Assembly: GCA_963664015.2 (NCBI GenBank)
Contig: CAXXLF010000002.1
Span: 896,001 to 960,000 of the forward strand
Length of the DNA stretch: 64,000 nt
Direction of reading: 5' to 3'
Source of the DNA: Candidatus Binatia bacterium
GTDB taxonomy: Bacteria > Desulfobacterota > Binatia > UBA9968 > CAXXLF01
Every line of letters starts with the position of its first letter. The stretch's first letter is position 1. The position numbers and the translations under genes are program-made. Under the pieces are notes generated by a model. It was not told the DNA's origin and did no database searches. It worked only from the letters and a program-made list of their open reading frames with translations. Below, piece by piece: positions 53,337 to 64,000 of the stretch.

Positions 53337-54653
53337 CTAAGGGTGCTCCATCACTTGTCCTCGCAACCGGGCCCCATCCAATCCCTCCAGGACCACCTCG
53401 ACCTCACGATTGACTTGACGATGGCTGGTCGGGAATACCACGGAAAGGTAATTTCGGCTGTACCCCTTGTAGAGCCCTTGGGTCACGTCCACCGCTCGCT
53501 CCACTAAGACTGGGACCCGAGCACCAATGAATCGCCGGTAGAATCTCTTTTTCTTCTTCGCTCCCAGTTCACGGGTACGGCGGGATCGTTCTTTTTTAAC
53601 GGCACTAGGGACCTGCTGGGGCAGAGCCGCAGCGACCGTGCCAGCCCGGGTCGAGTAGGGAAACACGTGAAAATAGGTCAGGGGAATCTCCTCGAGAAAC
53701 TCAAGCGAGCGCTCGAAATCCCCATCGCTCTCTCCCGGAAAACCAACAATGATGTCGCTACCCAGAGATGCAGTGGGAATCCTTTCCCGGATGCGATCAA
53801 GTAGGTCCCTGTAAAAACCCGTCGTGTAATTCCGGCGCATTCGACGAAGGGTCCGGTCCTCCCCCGCCTGTAGGCAAACATGAAAATGGGGACAGATCAC
53901 TTCCGACTGGGACATCAGCTGGATCAGCGGTTCTGTGACCTCCCGCGGATCCAGGGAACTCAAGCGTAACCTCGGGACAAGGCCGCTGTCGGTAATCGTT
54001 CGTAACAGTCGGGTCAAATCGGATCTGGGTTCTAAATCATGCCCGTAGGACCCCAGATGGATACCGGTGAGCACGAGTTCCTTAAAGCCCTCTTGAGCCA
54101 ACACACGGACCTGGCACAGGACCTCATCTTCAGAAACGCTGCGGCTCCGCCCGCGAGCTATAGGGATAATACAATAAGTGCACGAGTAGTTGCAGCCTTC
54201 CTCGACCTTCAAGAACGCCCGTGTGTGCTCGGGAAGCCCCCGGGCCCCAACGACACGAACCCCCCGCTCTTCTCTGGGATTGCCCACAGAGATCACCGGC
54301 CTGCCCACCGCCGATGGATTCGGTTGGCCAACGAATCGGACCAATTCGTCCAGACGATTAAGTCCCACGACAAAATCGACGCCCGATACAGCTGCGACTT
54401 GCTGGGGGCTCACCTGAGCATAACAACCGGTAACCAGAACCCGAGCCTCGGGATTCAGCCTCTTTGCGCGCCGCACAAGCTGGCGTCCCTCCCAATCGGC
54501 ACGATCGGTTACAGTACACGTATTAATGATGTAGAAATCCGCGATTTCCTCAAAGGGGACAAAGCAATGTCGTTCCGATTGGAGCCGTTCCCGGTTGACC
54601 GCAGAGTCGTACTGGTTAACTTTGCAGCCAAGGGTTGTAAGTGCAACGCGCAT
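53337..54653 (-). CDS. mtaB: tRNA t6A methylthiotransferase
   Basis: TLGCKVNQYD, NTCTVT, CNYSCTYC radical-SAM motif, VLTGIHLG. Confidence 0.93.
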   Translation of the reverse strand: MRVALTTLGCKVNQYDSAVNRERLQSERHCFVPFEEIADFYIINTCTVTDRADWEGRQLVRRAKRLNPEARVLVTGCYAQVSPQQVAAVSGVDFVVGLNRLDELVRFVGQPNPSAVGRPVISVGNPREERGVRVVGARGLPEHTRAFLKVEEGCNYSCTYCIIPIARGRSRSVSEDEVLCQVRVLAQEGFKELVLTGIHLGSYGHDLEPRSDLTRLLRTITDSGLVPRLRLSSLDPREVTEPLIQLMSQSEVICPHFHVCLQAGEDRTLRRMRRNYTTGFYRDLLDRIRERIPTASLGSDIIVGFPGESDGDFERSLEFLEEIPLTYFHVFPYSTRAGTVAAALPQQVPSAVKKERSRRTRELGAKKKKRFYRRFIGARVPVLVERAVDVTQGLYKGYSRNYLSVVFPTSHRQVNREVEVVLEGLDGARLRGQVMEHP

Positions 54654-54687
54654 GTCAGGTTTTGGTCCGAGTCCCCTCCTCCACGCT

Positions 54688-55758
54688 CTAAAGGGCGCTC
54701 TCTATCCAGCCTCCTCCCAGAACCTTTTCCCCCCGGTAAAAGACCGCGGCCTGACCAGGGCTGACCGGCGCAGAGACACCTTGGAACCGAACTTCAGATC
54801 GACCTATCCCCACGGATCGCACCTGACACGGGATGGGGGTCGAACGATACCTAATCTGTACTTCCGCCAAAATAGGGTCCTGCTCGGGAGGTTCGAACCA
54901 ATTGACCGAGTGGGTGACATGCCCCACACTCCCCAGTTCTTCGCGCTTGCCCACCATGACATGCTTGGTCTTTTCCTCGATCCCTAAGACGTATAAGGGA
55001 TGAGGTGCAGAGACTCCCAGCCCCTTCCTCTGACCGACGGTGAATCGATGGATGCCTTGATGGGTCCCCAGGGACTTTCCCGATCGATCCACGATCTCAC
55101 CTTCAACGGACTGTCCCCGATCTGCATGGGCTTCCACCAGGGACCGGTAGTCACCGAAACAGATATCCTGGCTTTCTGGACGGTCAGCTACTGACATTCC
55201 GAGTTCACGAGCCCGCTTACGAACGTCGCCCTTATGCCAATCACCAAGGGGGAATAGCGTGTGGACGAGCTGCTCCTGGGATAGGCCGAAGAGAAAGTAG
55301 GACTGATCTTTGTCCCTGTCCTGCCCACGCAGGAGGGAGTAACGCCCGCAAGTGACATCTCGCACGATGCGCGCATAATGGCCTGTCGCCACGTACTCGG
55401 CCTGTTGCTTTTTTGCCCAATCGAGAAGAAAACCCAGTTTGAAGTCTCGATTGCAGGATATACATGGGTTGGGCGTTTTCCCACTCAGATAGCTCTGAGC
55501 AAAGGGCTTAACCACCGATTCGAGAAAAACAGCCCGCAAGTCTAACAGGGAATAAGGTATTCCTAATAGAGAAGCGACATCTTTGGCCCCTTTATAGTTG
55601 GAACAGACCCGCTCATCGTTGCGATCCCCATCCCACATCTGGAGGGAAACCCCGGAGACCTCATAGCCCATTTCAATCAGTAGGCTTGCGGCCACAGAGC
55701 TATCCACTCCCCCGCTCATGGCTATGACAACTTTTTTCTTCGTCTTTATCATCGTCAA
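54688..55758 (-). CDS. mnmA: tRNA 2-thiouridylase
   Basis: AMSGGVDSS, TPNPC..CN, ATGHYA, KDQSYFL, ESQDICF, PGQAAVFY. Confidence 0.96.
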   Translation of the reverse strand: MTMIKTKKKVVIAMSGGVDSSVAASLLIEMGYEVSGVSLQMWDGDRNDERVCSNYKGAKDVASLLGIPYSLLDLRAVFLESVVKPFAQSYLSGKTPNPCISCNRDFKLGFLLDWAKKQQAEYVATGHYARIVRDVTCGRYSLLRGQDRDKDQSYFLFGLSQEQLVHTLFPLGDWHKGDVRKRARELGMSVADRPESQDICFGDYRSLVEAHADRGQSVEGEIVDRSGKSLGTHQGIHRFTVGQRKGLGVSAPHPLYVLGIEEKTKHVMVGKREELGSVGHVTHSVNWFEPPEQDPILAEVQIRYRSTPIPCQVRSVGIGRSEVRFQGVSAPVSPGQAAVFYRGEKVLGGGWIESAL

Positions 55759-55759
55759 T

Positions 55760-56494
55760 TCAGTTTCCCGAGTTTTTGAGGAGCTCTTTAACCTTGTGAA
55801 GTACCTCAGTATCTTCGGCGCGGCGATCTTCCAACCCTCCCTGCCTGGAACTCAGCTCATTAATTCTCTGCTCCATCCGCTGGACGTACTCAGCTAGCCC
55901 CCCAATGGCCTTGGCCACAGGATCCGGTAGCCGCTGATGGTCCAAATCGATGAATTGGGCCTCTGGATCCCGTTGCACCCCGGCCCCCTCAACGACCCGA
56001 CCGGGAATTCCGACGACCGTTGAATCCGGCGGGACCGAATTTACGACGACCGATCCCGAACCAATTCTGCTGTTACGGCCGATGGTCACCGGGCCCAGAA
56101 TGGTCGCCCCGGCCCCAATGATGACGCAATCCTGCACCGTGGGATGACGTTTTTCCTTCCTCAGGCTGATACCCCCCAGGGTTACGCCTTGATAGATGGT
56201 AACGTCGTTTTCAATCTCCGCAGTCTCACCAATGACAACACCCATACCGTGATCGATAAAAAAACGAGAACCGATAATTGCCCCCGGGTGGATCTCAATC
56301 CCGGTCAGGAATCGACCCAGATGGCTGATGAACCGACCGGGGACCTTTAGCCTCTTGAGCCACAGAAAATGGGCGATGCGATAGAAGAAGAGCGCATGAA
56401 AGCCCGGATAACTGAGAAGGACTTCCCAGATATTTCGGGCCGCTGGGTCCCGGTGAAAGACGACCTGGATGTCTTCTTTCAAGGTGTTCCACAT
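55760..56494 (-). CDS. cysE: Serine O-acetyltransferase
   Basis: [34 protein letters not shown]. Confidence 0.95.
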   Translation of the reverse strand: MWNTLKEDIQVVFHRDPAARNIWEVLLSYPGFHALFFYRIAHFLWLKRLKVPGRFISHLGRFLTGIEIHPGAIIGSRFFIDHGMGVVIGETAEIENDVTIYQGVTLGGISLRKEKRHPTVQDCVIIGAGATILGPVTIGRNSRIGSGSVVVNSVPPDSTVVGIPGRVVEGAGVQRDPEAQFIDLDHQRLPDPVAKAIGGLAEYVQRMEQRINELSSRQGGLEDRRAEDTEVLHKVKELLKNSGN

Positions 56495-56545
56495 AACAAT
56501 CGACCGAGTCAGAAAAACTCACGCAGAGAAGCGCCCCAAATTCTC

Positions 56546-58141
56546 TTAACGCCGCGAGCTTTTGAACCTTTTCCTCTTACCGTCCTTATAAAGTTTATAA
56601 TCAATACTATCGACCAAGGCTTGCCAGCTAGCCTCGATTACATTTTGCGAGACACCCACGGTACCCCATTCGTCTTTCTTGTCACCGGATTCGATTAAAA
56701 CGCGAACCGATGCACCGGTTCCCTCACCGGAAGAAAGCACCCGGACCTTGTAGTCTAACAATTCGATATCCTTGAGAGAAGGATAGAATTTATCCAGGGC
56801 CTTTCGTAGCGCCTGGTCGAGGGCATTAACCGGTCCATTCCCCATGGCGGCCGCGTGTTGGATGTCCCCGTTTACGTCAACAATGACAGTAGCTTCCGAG
56901 ACGGGCGGTTCTTCTTCGGCGCGTTTTTCATCCATAACCCGAAAACTGACGAGACGAAAGTTCTTTCTCTTTTTTCCCAGGACTTCTTGGATCAAGAGTT
57001 CGAAAGACGCCTCCGCTGCCTCAAATTCATAACCGGAGCTTTCCATTTCCTTGATGCGTCGCAAGATCTGCGGCACCGCATGCTCTATGGCCGTTAGGTC
57101 GATTCCGTATTCCTTCCCCTTGTAAAGGATATTACTCCGGCCCGCCAAGTCGGAGACCAAGACCCGCTGGCGATTCCCCACCAGATCCGGATCGATGTGC
57201 TCATAGGTCTCACGGTTTTTCACGATGCCCGATACGTGAAGCCCTCCCTTGTGAGCAAAGGCCCCGTCACCTACGTACGGCTGATGCTTGTTCGGAACAA
57301 CGTTGGCCAGCTCATAAAAAACGTGGGAGACATCACGGAGCTTTTTTAGCTGTTCCCTATCAATGCACTTTTTCCCAAGCTTGAGCTCCAGATTGGGAAT
57401 GAAAGAACAGAGATTTAAGTTGCCGCATCGCTCCCCAAAACCGTTGATGGTGCCTTGCACCTGGCGCACACCCATCTCAACGGCCACTAGCGTATTGGCC
57501 ACTGCCAATTCCCCATCGTTGTGGCAGTGAATTCCCAGGGGAGTGCGTACTACGCCAAGGACACTGGAGATGCCCTTTCGAATATCGCCCGGTAGACTCC
57601 CTCCATTGGTATCGCACAGAGCGATCCAGTCAGCGCCACCCTCCTGGGCCGCGACCAGACACTGGACCGCATATTCCGGGTTGGAGCGATAGCCGTCAAA
57701 GAAATGCTCCGCATCGAAAACCACTTCATCGACGTGCCGCTTCATGTAGGCGATGGAATCGGAGATAACCTCCAGATTGGCCTTTTTGCTTATTCTCAAG
57801 TCATCCTGTACGTGCAGGTCCCAGGTCTTCCCTACCAGGGTTACGACAGGCGTATCCGCTGCCAGAATCATCTTGAGGTTCAAATCCTGAGAAGGTTTGG
57901 ACGAAGGCTTCCGTGTGGTGCCGAAGGCGGCGATCTTGGGGCCCTTGAGCTTTTGCTTTTTGATTTCCTTGAAAAAACCCGCGTCCCGAGGATTGGACCC
58001 TGGATACCCCCCCTCGATATAGTCCACCCCCAACTCGGCAAGCTTACCCGCTATCCGGAGTTTGTCCTCGAGGGAGAAAGAGATATCCTCTGCTTGGCAG
58101 CCGTCCCTCAGGGTCGTATCGTAAATCAAAACATCTTTCAC
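56546..58141 (-). CDS. cimA: Citramalate synthase
   Basis: YDTTLRDG.Q, PGSNP, DAEHFFDG, AFAHKGGLH, WGTVGVS.N.IEASW. Confidence 0.93.
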   Translation of the reverse strand: MKDVLIYDTTLRDGCQAEDISFSLEDKLRIAGKLAELGVDYIEGGYPGSNPRDAGFFKEIKKQKLKGPKIAAFGTTRKPSSKPSQDLNLKMILAADTPVVTLVGKTWDLHVQDDLRISKKANLEVISDSIAYMKRHVDEVVFDAEHFFDGYRSNPEYAVQCLVAAQEGGADWIALCDTNGGSLPGDIRKGISSVLGVVRTPLGIHCHNDGELAVANTLVAVEMGVRQVQGTINGFGERCGNLNLCSFIPNLELKLGKKCIDREQLKKLRDVSHVFYELANVVPNKHQPYVGDGAFAHKGGLHVSGIVKNRETYEHIDPDLVGNRQRVLVSDLAGRSNILYKGKEYGIDLTAIEHAVPQILRRIKEMESSGYEFEAAEASFELLIQEVLGKKRKNFRLVSFRVMDEKRAEEEPPVSEATVIVDVNGDIQHAAAMGNGPVNALDQALRKALDKFYPSLKDIELLDYKVRVLSSGEGTGASVRVLIESGDKKDEWGTVGVSQNVIEASWQALVDSIDYKLYKDGKRKRFKSSRR

Positions 58142-59358
58142 TAGGTCACCGGCTTCCCGATAAAGCTGTCGTGCAGGATTCGTACGGCCTTGTGGGCGTA
58201 TTGCTCTCGTACGATCACGGATATGGTAATTTCGGAGGTGGAGATCATCTCAACATTGATTCCCGCTTTTGCCAGGGCCTGAAACATTTGAGCCGCGACT
58301 CCCGCCTGGGTCCGCATGCCGCGTCCTATGATCGAGACCTTGGCCACGTCTGGATCACAGCGCACTTCCTCCGCCTTCATCTTGGGTCTAATCGCTTCGA
58401 CCAACTGCTGAGCCTTCTTGTAATCGTCCTTGGGGACAGTGAAGCTGACGTCCGTATACCCCCCCGCGCTGGCATTTTGGACGATCATGTCCACGATGAT
58501 GCCAGCCTTGGAAAGGGGAGCGAAAATATTGGCCGCCAAGCCGGGTTTGTCAGGTACATGGGTAAGCGTAATTTTTGCCTGCTCCCGGTCGCTGGCCACC
58601 CTTGACACAATGAGTTCCGATTCTTTGTTCTCCTTGACCACTCGAGTTCCCTCCCATGGAGTAAATCCTGATCTCAGGTGCAACGGGATGTTGCCTTTCA
58701 TGGCAAAATCCACCGAGTTGATATGCAATGCCTTGACCCCAAGGCTAATCATTTCCATCATCTCCTCATAGGAGACATAGTCCAGTTTTTTAGCCGTTGG
58801 ACACAGCTTTGGATCCGCCGTATAGATCCCGTCAACCTGAGTATATATCTCGCAAATATCGGCCTTCAAGGCAGTGGCCAGAGCCACCGCTGTAGTGTCC
58901 GATCCGCCCCGCCCCAGTGTCGTGATATTGCCATCCGGATCGATACCCTGAAAGCCCACAACGACTCCGATTTCCCCCTTACGCAGCGACTGCTTGATGA
59001 ATCGTGTATCGACCTTCTGAATCTTGGCCCGGCCATAAGCATTGTCCGTCAAGATACGGATCTGATAGCCAAGCCACGAGCGCGCTCTGTAGCCCATGGC
59101 TCGGATGGCCAAGGCCAACATGGCCGCAGAAACCTGTTCACCGGCGGAAAGGAGGACATCCTGCTCGCGCCCGTCGGGCTCTTTAGCCATGGCTCTGGCC
59201 AGGCCTAGTAAGCGATCGGTTTCACCCTCCATGGCGGATATCACCACCACGACCTGATTACCCATCTCATGGGTTGCAACCACCCTATCTGCAATATCCT
59301 TGATACGTTTGGGACTTCCCGAAACCGTCCCACCGTATTTCTGCACGATTAAAGCCAT
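58141..59358 (-). CDS. lysC: Aspartate kinase
   Basis: MALIVQKYGG, TTLGRGGSDTTA, two ACT domains, ISTSEI. Confidence 0.92.
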   Translation of the reverse strand: MALIVQKYGGTVSGSPKRIKDIADRVVATHEMGNQVVVVISAMEGETDRLLGLARAMAKEPDGREQDVLLSAGEQVSAAMLALAIRAMGYRARSWLGYQIRILTDNAYGRAKIQKVDTRFIKQSLRKGEIGVVVGFQGIDPDGNITTLGRGGSDTTAVALATALKADICEIYTQVDGIYTADPKLCPTAKKLDYVSYEEMMEMISLGVKALHINSVDFAMKGNIPLHLRSGFTPWEGTRVVKENKESELIVSRVASDREQAKITLTHVPDKPGLAANIFAPLSKAGIIVDMIVQNASAGGYTDVSFTVPKDDYKKAQQLVEAIRPKMKAEEVRCDPDVAKVSIIGRGMRTQAGVAAQMFQALAKAGINVEMISTSEITISVIVREQYAHKAVRILHDSFIGKPVT

Positions 59359-59367
59359 CGTCCTTGC

Positions 59368-59841
59368 CTACTTCCTACGCTTTAGTTGGTTGATAATCTC
59401 TTCATAATGGCTACCATTGGCGGTAAAGTCCAATTGGCGCTGGGAGCCCTTACCATGGCTAAAAGCGACGCCCAATAGCTCGTCTATCTCTGCCTCGGAA
59501 AGACGTTCAACCCATTCGATTACGCTTACACCTTCCGAAAATAACACCTCCCGAAGATTCAACTCCTCGATTTCATTAACCCCCGCAAGTCGATAGAGAT
59601 CAATATGATACAGGGGGAGCCTGCCATCGTACTCGTTGATCAAGGTAAAGGTGGGACTTCGTACCCAAGCCTTTTTGTCCACCTCTAATCCTTGAGCAAG
59701 GCCCCTTACGAAGCACGTCTTACCGCTGCCGAGCTCACCGCTGAGCCCAATAATTTCTCCACCCTTTAGAAGCCTACCTAACCTGCGCCCCCACGCCTGG
59801 GTTTGTGTAGTGGAGCGAGAAAGGACACTAAAGGATTTCAT
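59368..59841 (-). CDS. tsaE: t6A biosynthesis ATPase
   Basis: GELGSGKT, SPTFTL, HIDLYRL, IEW. Confidence 0.95.
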   Translation of the reverse strand: MKSFSVLSRSTTQTQAWGRRLGRLLKGGEIIGLSGELGSGKTCFVRGLAQGLEVDKKAWVRSPTFTLINEYDGRLPLYHIDLYRLAGVNEIEELNLREVLFSEGVSVIEWVERLSEAEIDELLGVAFSHGKGSQRQLDFTANGSHYEEIINQLKRRK

Positions 59842-59955
59842 GAAGGCATGAGATTCGTATAATCGTTAGTCCGTTATTGGTTATTCGTCCAACGCAAGAG
59901 GCCAAGCTTCTCTGTGCTGACCGATCACACGAATACACATGTAACGAATAACGAA

Positions 59956-61524
59956 TTAACCAGTTATCGGGTAACGATCCTCCTTTAGTTTCTTGATCCC
60001 TTGGGGCAGCGCATCCACCACGTCGGTCGCTATCATTCCCATTTCCCCCTGCCCATCGCGAACCCGGTCGCCAACGAAACCGTGAAGGAAGACCCCCAGT
60101 TTGAGGGCGTCTCGTTCGTCCAACCCCTGTGCTAGCATACCAGCTAATATTCCCGCTAGCACGTCCCCCATACCCCCACTGGCCATACCGGCATTCCCAG
60201 TTGGATTAATATACACTTTACCATCAGCTGTCGCGATAACGCTCCTGGCCCCTTTGAGAACCACATGACAGCGATGCTCTACAGCGAAGGACCGGGCCGT
60301 TCCCACCCGGTCACGGTTAATTGACTCCGTATCGGTTCCCATCAGTCGCGCCATCTCTCCTGGGTGGGGGGTGAGTACCGGCGGCCTCTTAGCCGCTCTC
60401 AGCCGACCCGTTTTTTCCGCAAGATGAGTTAGCCCATCGGCGTCTATAACCCATGGAATTCCCATATTTCTTAGCAGCCACCACAAGGCGCTCTTGGCTC
60501 CGTCTTTGAGGCCGATCCCTGGGCCAAAGAGCAGGGCGGCCTTTTTATCGAGGAGACGGGCCCATGTCTGATCGCTAGGCGCTTCCAGGTCATCGTCAGA
60601 GGAGCCGCCAAGGGGCTCAGTCATAGACTCCACCAACGCACCGGCAAATATACCGTTCAGGGAGCGAGGGGCTGCCAGGCTGACCAGTCCCGTACCGACG
60701 CGCATGGCTGCCCTACAGGCCAGAATGGCTGCTCCAGTCTTGCCCCTGGAACCCGCTACCACGAGCAAGTGGCCAAAGGTCCCCTTATGGGTGTCCGGCT
60801 CCCTAGTGGGGATCAGCCCACTCACCTCTTGCTCCTCTAAAAGTTCCGTACGGGGTGCCACTTCTGCAACCGCCTTCGAGTCAATTCCGATGTCGACGAC
60901 TGCCAAATCCCCCACATAAGGGGTTTCAGGATACACGACCTGACCCAACTTGGGGTAACCAAAGGTTACCGTTGTTTCGGCCTGAACAGCGATTCCCAGG
61001 GGCCTTCCACTATCCGTGTCGAGGCCCGACGGCATGTCCACTGCCACGATGGGAAGACCTGAGGCATTCATGGCCTCAATCGCGTCTGCGTAGAGCCCTT
61101 GGACCGCCTTGCTGAGGCCTATGCCGAAGATCGCATCGACCAAGACCCCATAGTCTTTGAATTTTTTGGTTAGGTGAGAAAGGGCGCCCTCTTCAGCTTC
61201 GCTGATCTTGCCCTTCGCCCTGAGGTAAGCACGCAGATTTGCCCCAGCATCGTGAGAAAGGTTCTCTTTACGGGCCAGGAGAATGACTTCGCACGGGATC
61301 CCTTTTTTTTTCAGATAACGGGCGACCACCAAACCATCGCCACCGTTGTTTCCCCGCCCCGCAACCACCAGGACCCCTTTCTTTGTGGCTTTAGGAAAAC
61401 TCTCCAACAAGGCATCGAAGACCCCTTCGCCGGCACGTTCCATGAGGGTGAGGCTCGGGACCCCGTACTTTTCAATGGTGAGCCGGTCCAGCTCGCGCAT
61501 TTCTTTAGCTGTAACGACCAACAT
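59956..61524 (-). CDS. nnr: NAD(P)HX epimerase/dehydratase
   Basis: LMERAG, GNNGGDG, D.PSG, HKGTFG, DADGL, TPHPGE, GG.GDVL. Confidence 0.93.
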   Translation of the reverse strand: MLVVTAKEMRELDRLTIEKYGVPSLTLMERAGEGVFDALLESFPKATKKGVLVVAGRGNNGGDGLVVARYLKKKGIPCEVILLARKENLSHDAGANLRAYLRAKGKISEAEEGALSHLTKKFKDYGVLVDAIFGIGLSKAVQGLYADAIEAMNASGLPIVAVDMPSGLDTDSGRPLGIAVQAETTVTFGYPKLGQVVYPETPYVGDLAVVDIGIDSKAVAEVAPRTELLEEQEVSGLIPTREPDTHKGTFGHLLVVAGSRGKTGAAILACRAAMRVGTGLVSLAAPRSLNGIFAGALVESMTEPLGGSSDDDLEAPSDQTWARLLDKKAALLFGPGIGLKDGAKSALWWLLRNMGIPWVIDADGLTHLAEKTGRLRAAKRPPVLTPHPGEMARLMGTDTESINRDRVGTARSFAVEHRCHVVLKGARSVIATADGKVYINPTGNAGMASGGMGDVLAGILAGMLAQGLDERDALKLGVFLHGFVGDRVRDGQGEMGMIATDVVDALPQGIKKLKEDRYPITG

Positions 61525-61648
61525 GGTTAACTCGTCATTCGTGTCTTCGTTATTGGCCTATTATTAATCTGTTATTTTTCAAACATCTTGAACATCTTGT
61601 TGGGTGGCTTTAGAGGAACTCTATTAGACAAGCCCACGAGTCTCAACC

Positions 61649-62362
61649 CTAGGGGACAACTCCCAGTAGATCCTTCATTTCCCGGACAGCCCGCTCCATC
61701 CCAACCATGATGGCGCGAGCAACGATACTATGACCGATGTTCAGCTCGACGATATCCGGGATCCTCGTAATAGGCAGGACGTTGTCATAATTGAGTCCAT
61801 GTCCACCATGGACCTCCAGCCCCAGCCTACTCGAGAGAGAGACGGCGTTCTTAACCTCGTCGAGCTCGACTGTTCGGCTGCCGGAAACCAGACTGTAACG
61901 CCCCGTATGGATCTCAACCCCATGGGCTTCGACCTCCCGACTCGCCTCGATCTGGTCCGCCTGGGGATCGACGAACAGGCTCACCCGAATTCCGGCTCCC
62001 TGGAGACGCTTAACGGCTTCCTTGATATTACTCTGTTGACCGATAACGTGAAGTCCTCCCTCTGTGGTCAGCTCTTCGCGGCGCTCGGGGACAAGACAGA
62101 CGTCATCTGGCTTGAACCGTTCGGCATGCCTGACCATTTCAGAGGTTACCGCCATTTCCAGATTTAGCTTGGTGGTGAGGTTCTCACGCAACCGTTCTAC
62201 ATCCCGTTCCTGAATATGGCGCCGGTCTTCACGCAGATGAACGGTAATGCCATTGGCTCCACCCTTCTCAGCAAGGAGCGCAGCCTCCACCGGATCGGGG
62301 CTATCAATCTGTCTTGCCTGACGCACGGTGGCTACATGATCTACATTGATCCCAAGCCGCAT
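61649..62362 (-). CDS. pdxJ: Pyridoxine 5'-phosphate synthase
   Basis: [32 protein letters not shown]. Confidence 0.97.
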   Translation of the reverse strand: MRLGINVDHVATVRQARQIDSPDPVEAALLAEKGGANGITVHLREDRRHIQERDVERLRENLTTKLNLEMAVTSEMVRHAERFKPDDVCLVPERREELTTEGGLHVIGQQSNIKEAVKRLQGAGIRVSLFVDPQADQIEASREVEAHGVEIHTGRYSLVSGSRTVELDEVKNAVSLSSRLGLEVHGGHGLNYDNVLPITRIPDIVELNIGHSIVARAIMVGMERAVREMKDLLGVVP

Positions 62363-62422
62363 ATTCGTATAATCGCTATTCGTGTTTTCGAATCAACCAG
62401 TAACGAGCTGACGAGTAACCAA

Positions 62423-63880
62423 TTACTTGTCGCTCCCTAACGCAACACGAATCTCTTCCGCTATTTCGTGGGCCATCTTTCGAATCCCGTCCTCGTCCTC
62501 CCCTTCCAACATAACCCGAGCCAGGGGTTCTGTCCCCGAGTAACGGACCAATACCCTTCCCTTCGTCCCCAATTCCTGTTCAACCGCGGTGATTCTCTTT
62601 TGCACACGAGGAACATTGGACAAGGCCTTCTTCTCCTTAACTCCCACGTTGAGAAGCACTTGAGGGAGCTTGGTCATCACCCGCTTCAGCTCACCCAGAG
62701 ACTTCCCCTGTTCCTTCATGATCGTCAAGATCTGTAGGGCCGTGAGACAACCGTCTCCGGTGGTGTTGTGGTCCATGAAAACTACATGCCCCGACTGCTC
62801 TCCACCCAAGTTATACCCCCCGCGACGCATCTCCTCTACCACATACCGGTCTCCCACAGAGGTACGGATAAGGTTAATACCCATATCCTGGAGCGCAATA
62901 TCCAGCCCGAGATTACTCATCACTGTCCCCACCACCGTGGAGGACGCAAGGATCCCCTTTTGCTGCATGTATCGAGCACAAATGGCCAGGATCTCATCCC
63001 CATCAACAATCTCCCCTTTCTCGTCCACAAAGATGGCACGGTCACCATCCCCGTCCAGTAAGACGGCCAAATCGGCATCATGCTCGAGCAGGACACTTCG
63101 TGCCGCCTCAGGAGAAAGGGAGCCACAGGCCTCGTTAATATTTTCTCCATCGGGATTTACCCCAATGGGAATCACCTCTGCGCCCAGCTCACTTAGAACC
63201 TCAGGTGCCACACGATAAGCTGCCCCATGGGCGCAGTCCACCACGATCTTCAATCCGTCCAGGGAGAGACAACGTGAGAAACTCATCTTTAAGTAGACGA
63301 CATTCCGCCCTACCGCATCGGATATACGAAATGCCTTTCCCACCTCAGAAGCCGTGGGCCGGTATCGATCTATGGCGCCCCCAAAGATCAATTCTTCAAT
63401 ACGTTCCTCGAGGGCGTCAGGAAGCTTGAAGCCCTCGCGGGAAAAAAATTTGATTCCATTATCTCTAAAGAGGTTATGAGAAGCCGAGATAACCACCCCC
63501 GCGTCGGCACGCATGCTACGGGTGAGAAAGGCGACTCCCGGCGTCGGTAACGGGCCCACGAGGAGCACATCCGCACCCATGGAGCAAATCCCGGAGGCCA
63601 ATGCCGTCTCAATCATGTACCCGGAACGGCGAGTGTCCTTGCCAATGAGGATACGGTATCGGTGATCTCCCCTACCGACACCCTCTCCACCCCGTTCTGG
63701 TTCCTGAAATACATAGGCCAGTGCCCGGCCTAGCTTTAAAGCCATTTCCGAGGTCATGGGCTCCAAATTGGCCACTCCCCGGACCCCATCGGTGCCAAAG
63801 AGTTGTCGCTTTTGCCCTCTTTCCTCCGCCCGGGGAGAGTGACTTGACCCATCTTTTCCTATTGGCTGATCGCTTGTCAT
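62423..63880 (-). CDS. glmM: Phosphoglucosamine mutase
   Basis: [34 protein letters not shown]. Confidence 0.96.
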   Translation of the reverse strand: MTSDQPIGKDGSSHSPRAEERGQKRQLFGTDGVRGVANLEPMTSEMALKLGRALAYVFQEPERGGEGVGRGDHRYRILIGKDTRRSGYMIETALASGICSMGADVLLVGPLPTPGVAFLTRSMRADAGVVISASHNLFRDNGIKFFSREGFKLPDALEERIEELIFGGAIDRYRPTASEVGKAFRISDAVGRNVVYLKMSFSRCLSLDGLKIVVDCAHGAAYRVAPEVLSELGAEVIPIGVNPDGENINEACGSLSPEAARSVLLEHDADLAVLLDGDGDRAIFVDEKGEIVDGDEILAICARYMQQKGILASSTVVGTVMSNLGLDIALQDMGINLIRTSVGDRYVVEEMRRGGYNLGGEQSGHVVFMDHNTTGDGCLTALQILTIMKEQGKSLGELKRVMTKLPQVLLNVGVKEKKALSNVPRVQKRITAVEQELGTKGRVLVRYSGTEPLARVMLEGEDEDGIRKMAHEIAEEIRVALGSDK

Positions 63881-64000
63881 TGAACAGTCGCTCCGAAACG
63901 AATCTTATCAACAACTCGAAGCGCGCGAAAGGTGGCCTTGACGTCATGAACCCGAATCAGGTTAGCCCCTCCCAAGGCAGCGGCCACTGCGGCCGCTATG
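63877..64000 (-). CDS. folP: Dihydropteroate synthase, 3' end (partial)
   Basis: Hand translation [22 protein letters not shown]; ATGA overlap with glmM; folP-glmM order is typical. Confidence 0.8.
   Translation of the reverse strand, partial: IAAAVAAALGGANLIRVHDVKATFRALRVVDKIRFGATVQ

Overview
A 64-kb bacterial chromosomal segment. Gene content and order suggest a Deltaproteobacteria-like or Candidatus Binatota genome (inference). The right third is a minus-strand housekeeping run: folP end, glmM, pdxJ, nnr, tsaE, lysC, cimA, cysE, mnmA, mtaB, rnc, purM, purN, tatA, cstA, glmU, glmS. The middle holds a TPP-riboswitch thiSGE operon, holA, a DD-carboxypeptidase, a split xanthine-dehydrogenase/Cox-like set, menA, an aapJQMP amino-acid ABC transporter and rlmE. 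The left ~11.8 kb is accessory metabolic cargo ending at a tyrosine-integrase remnant beside tRNA-Thr(CGT). The most unusual feature is a ~7.8-kb AT-richer island (~34960-42741) that begins exactly at the glmS stop codon but has no Tn7 genes. It carries: (i) a recombinase-type HTH reading frame that is open across the glmS stop and has no good start of its own; (ii) two ~100-bp promoter/operator/stem-loop cassettes, each in front of a phage-like ORF; (iii) an inverted ~430-bp duplication giving two MORN-repeat lipoproteins with the same N-terminus and different C-termini, flanking a resolvase/invertase remnant, a 185-bp inverted-repeat element and an orphan MORN cassette. Many non-core genes carry single nonsense or frameshift lesions while core genes are intact.
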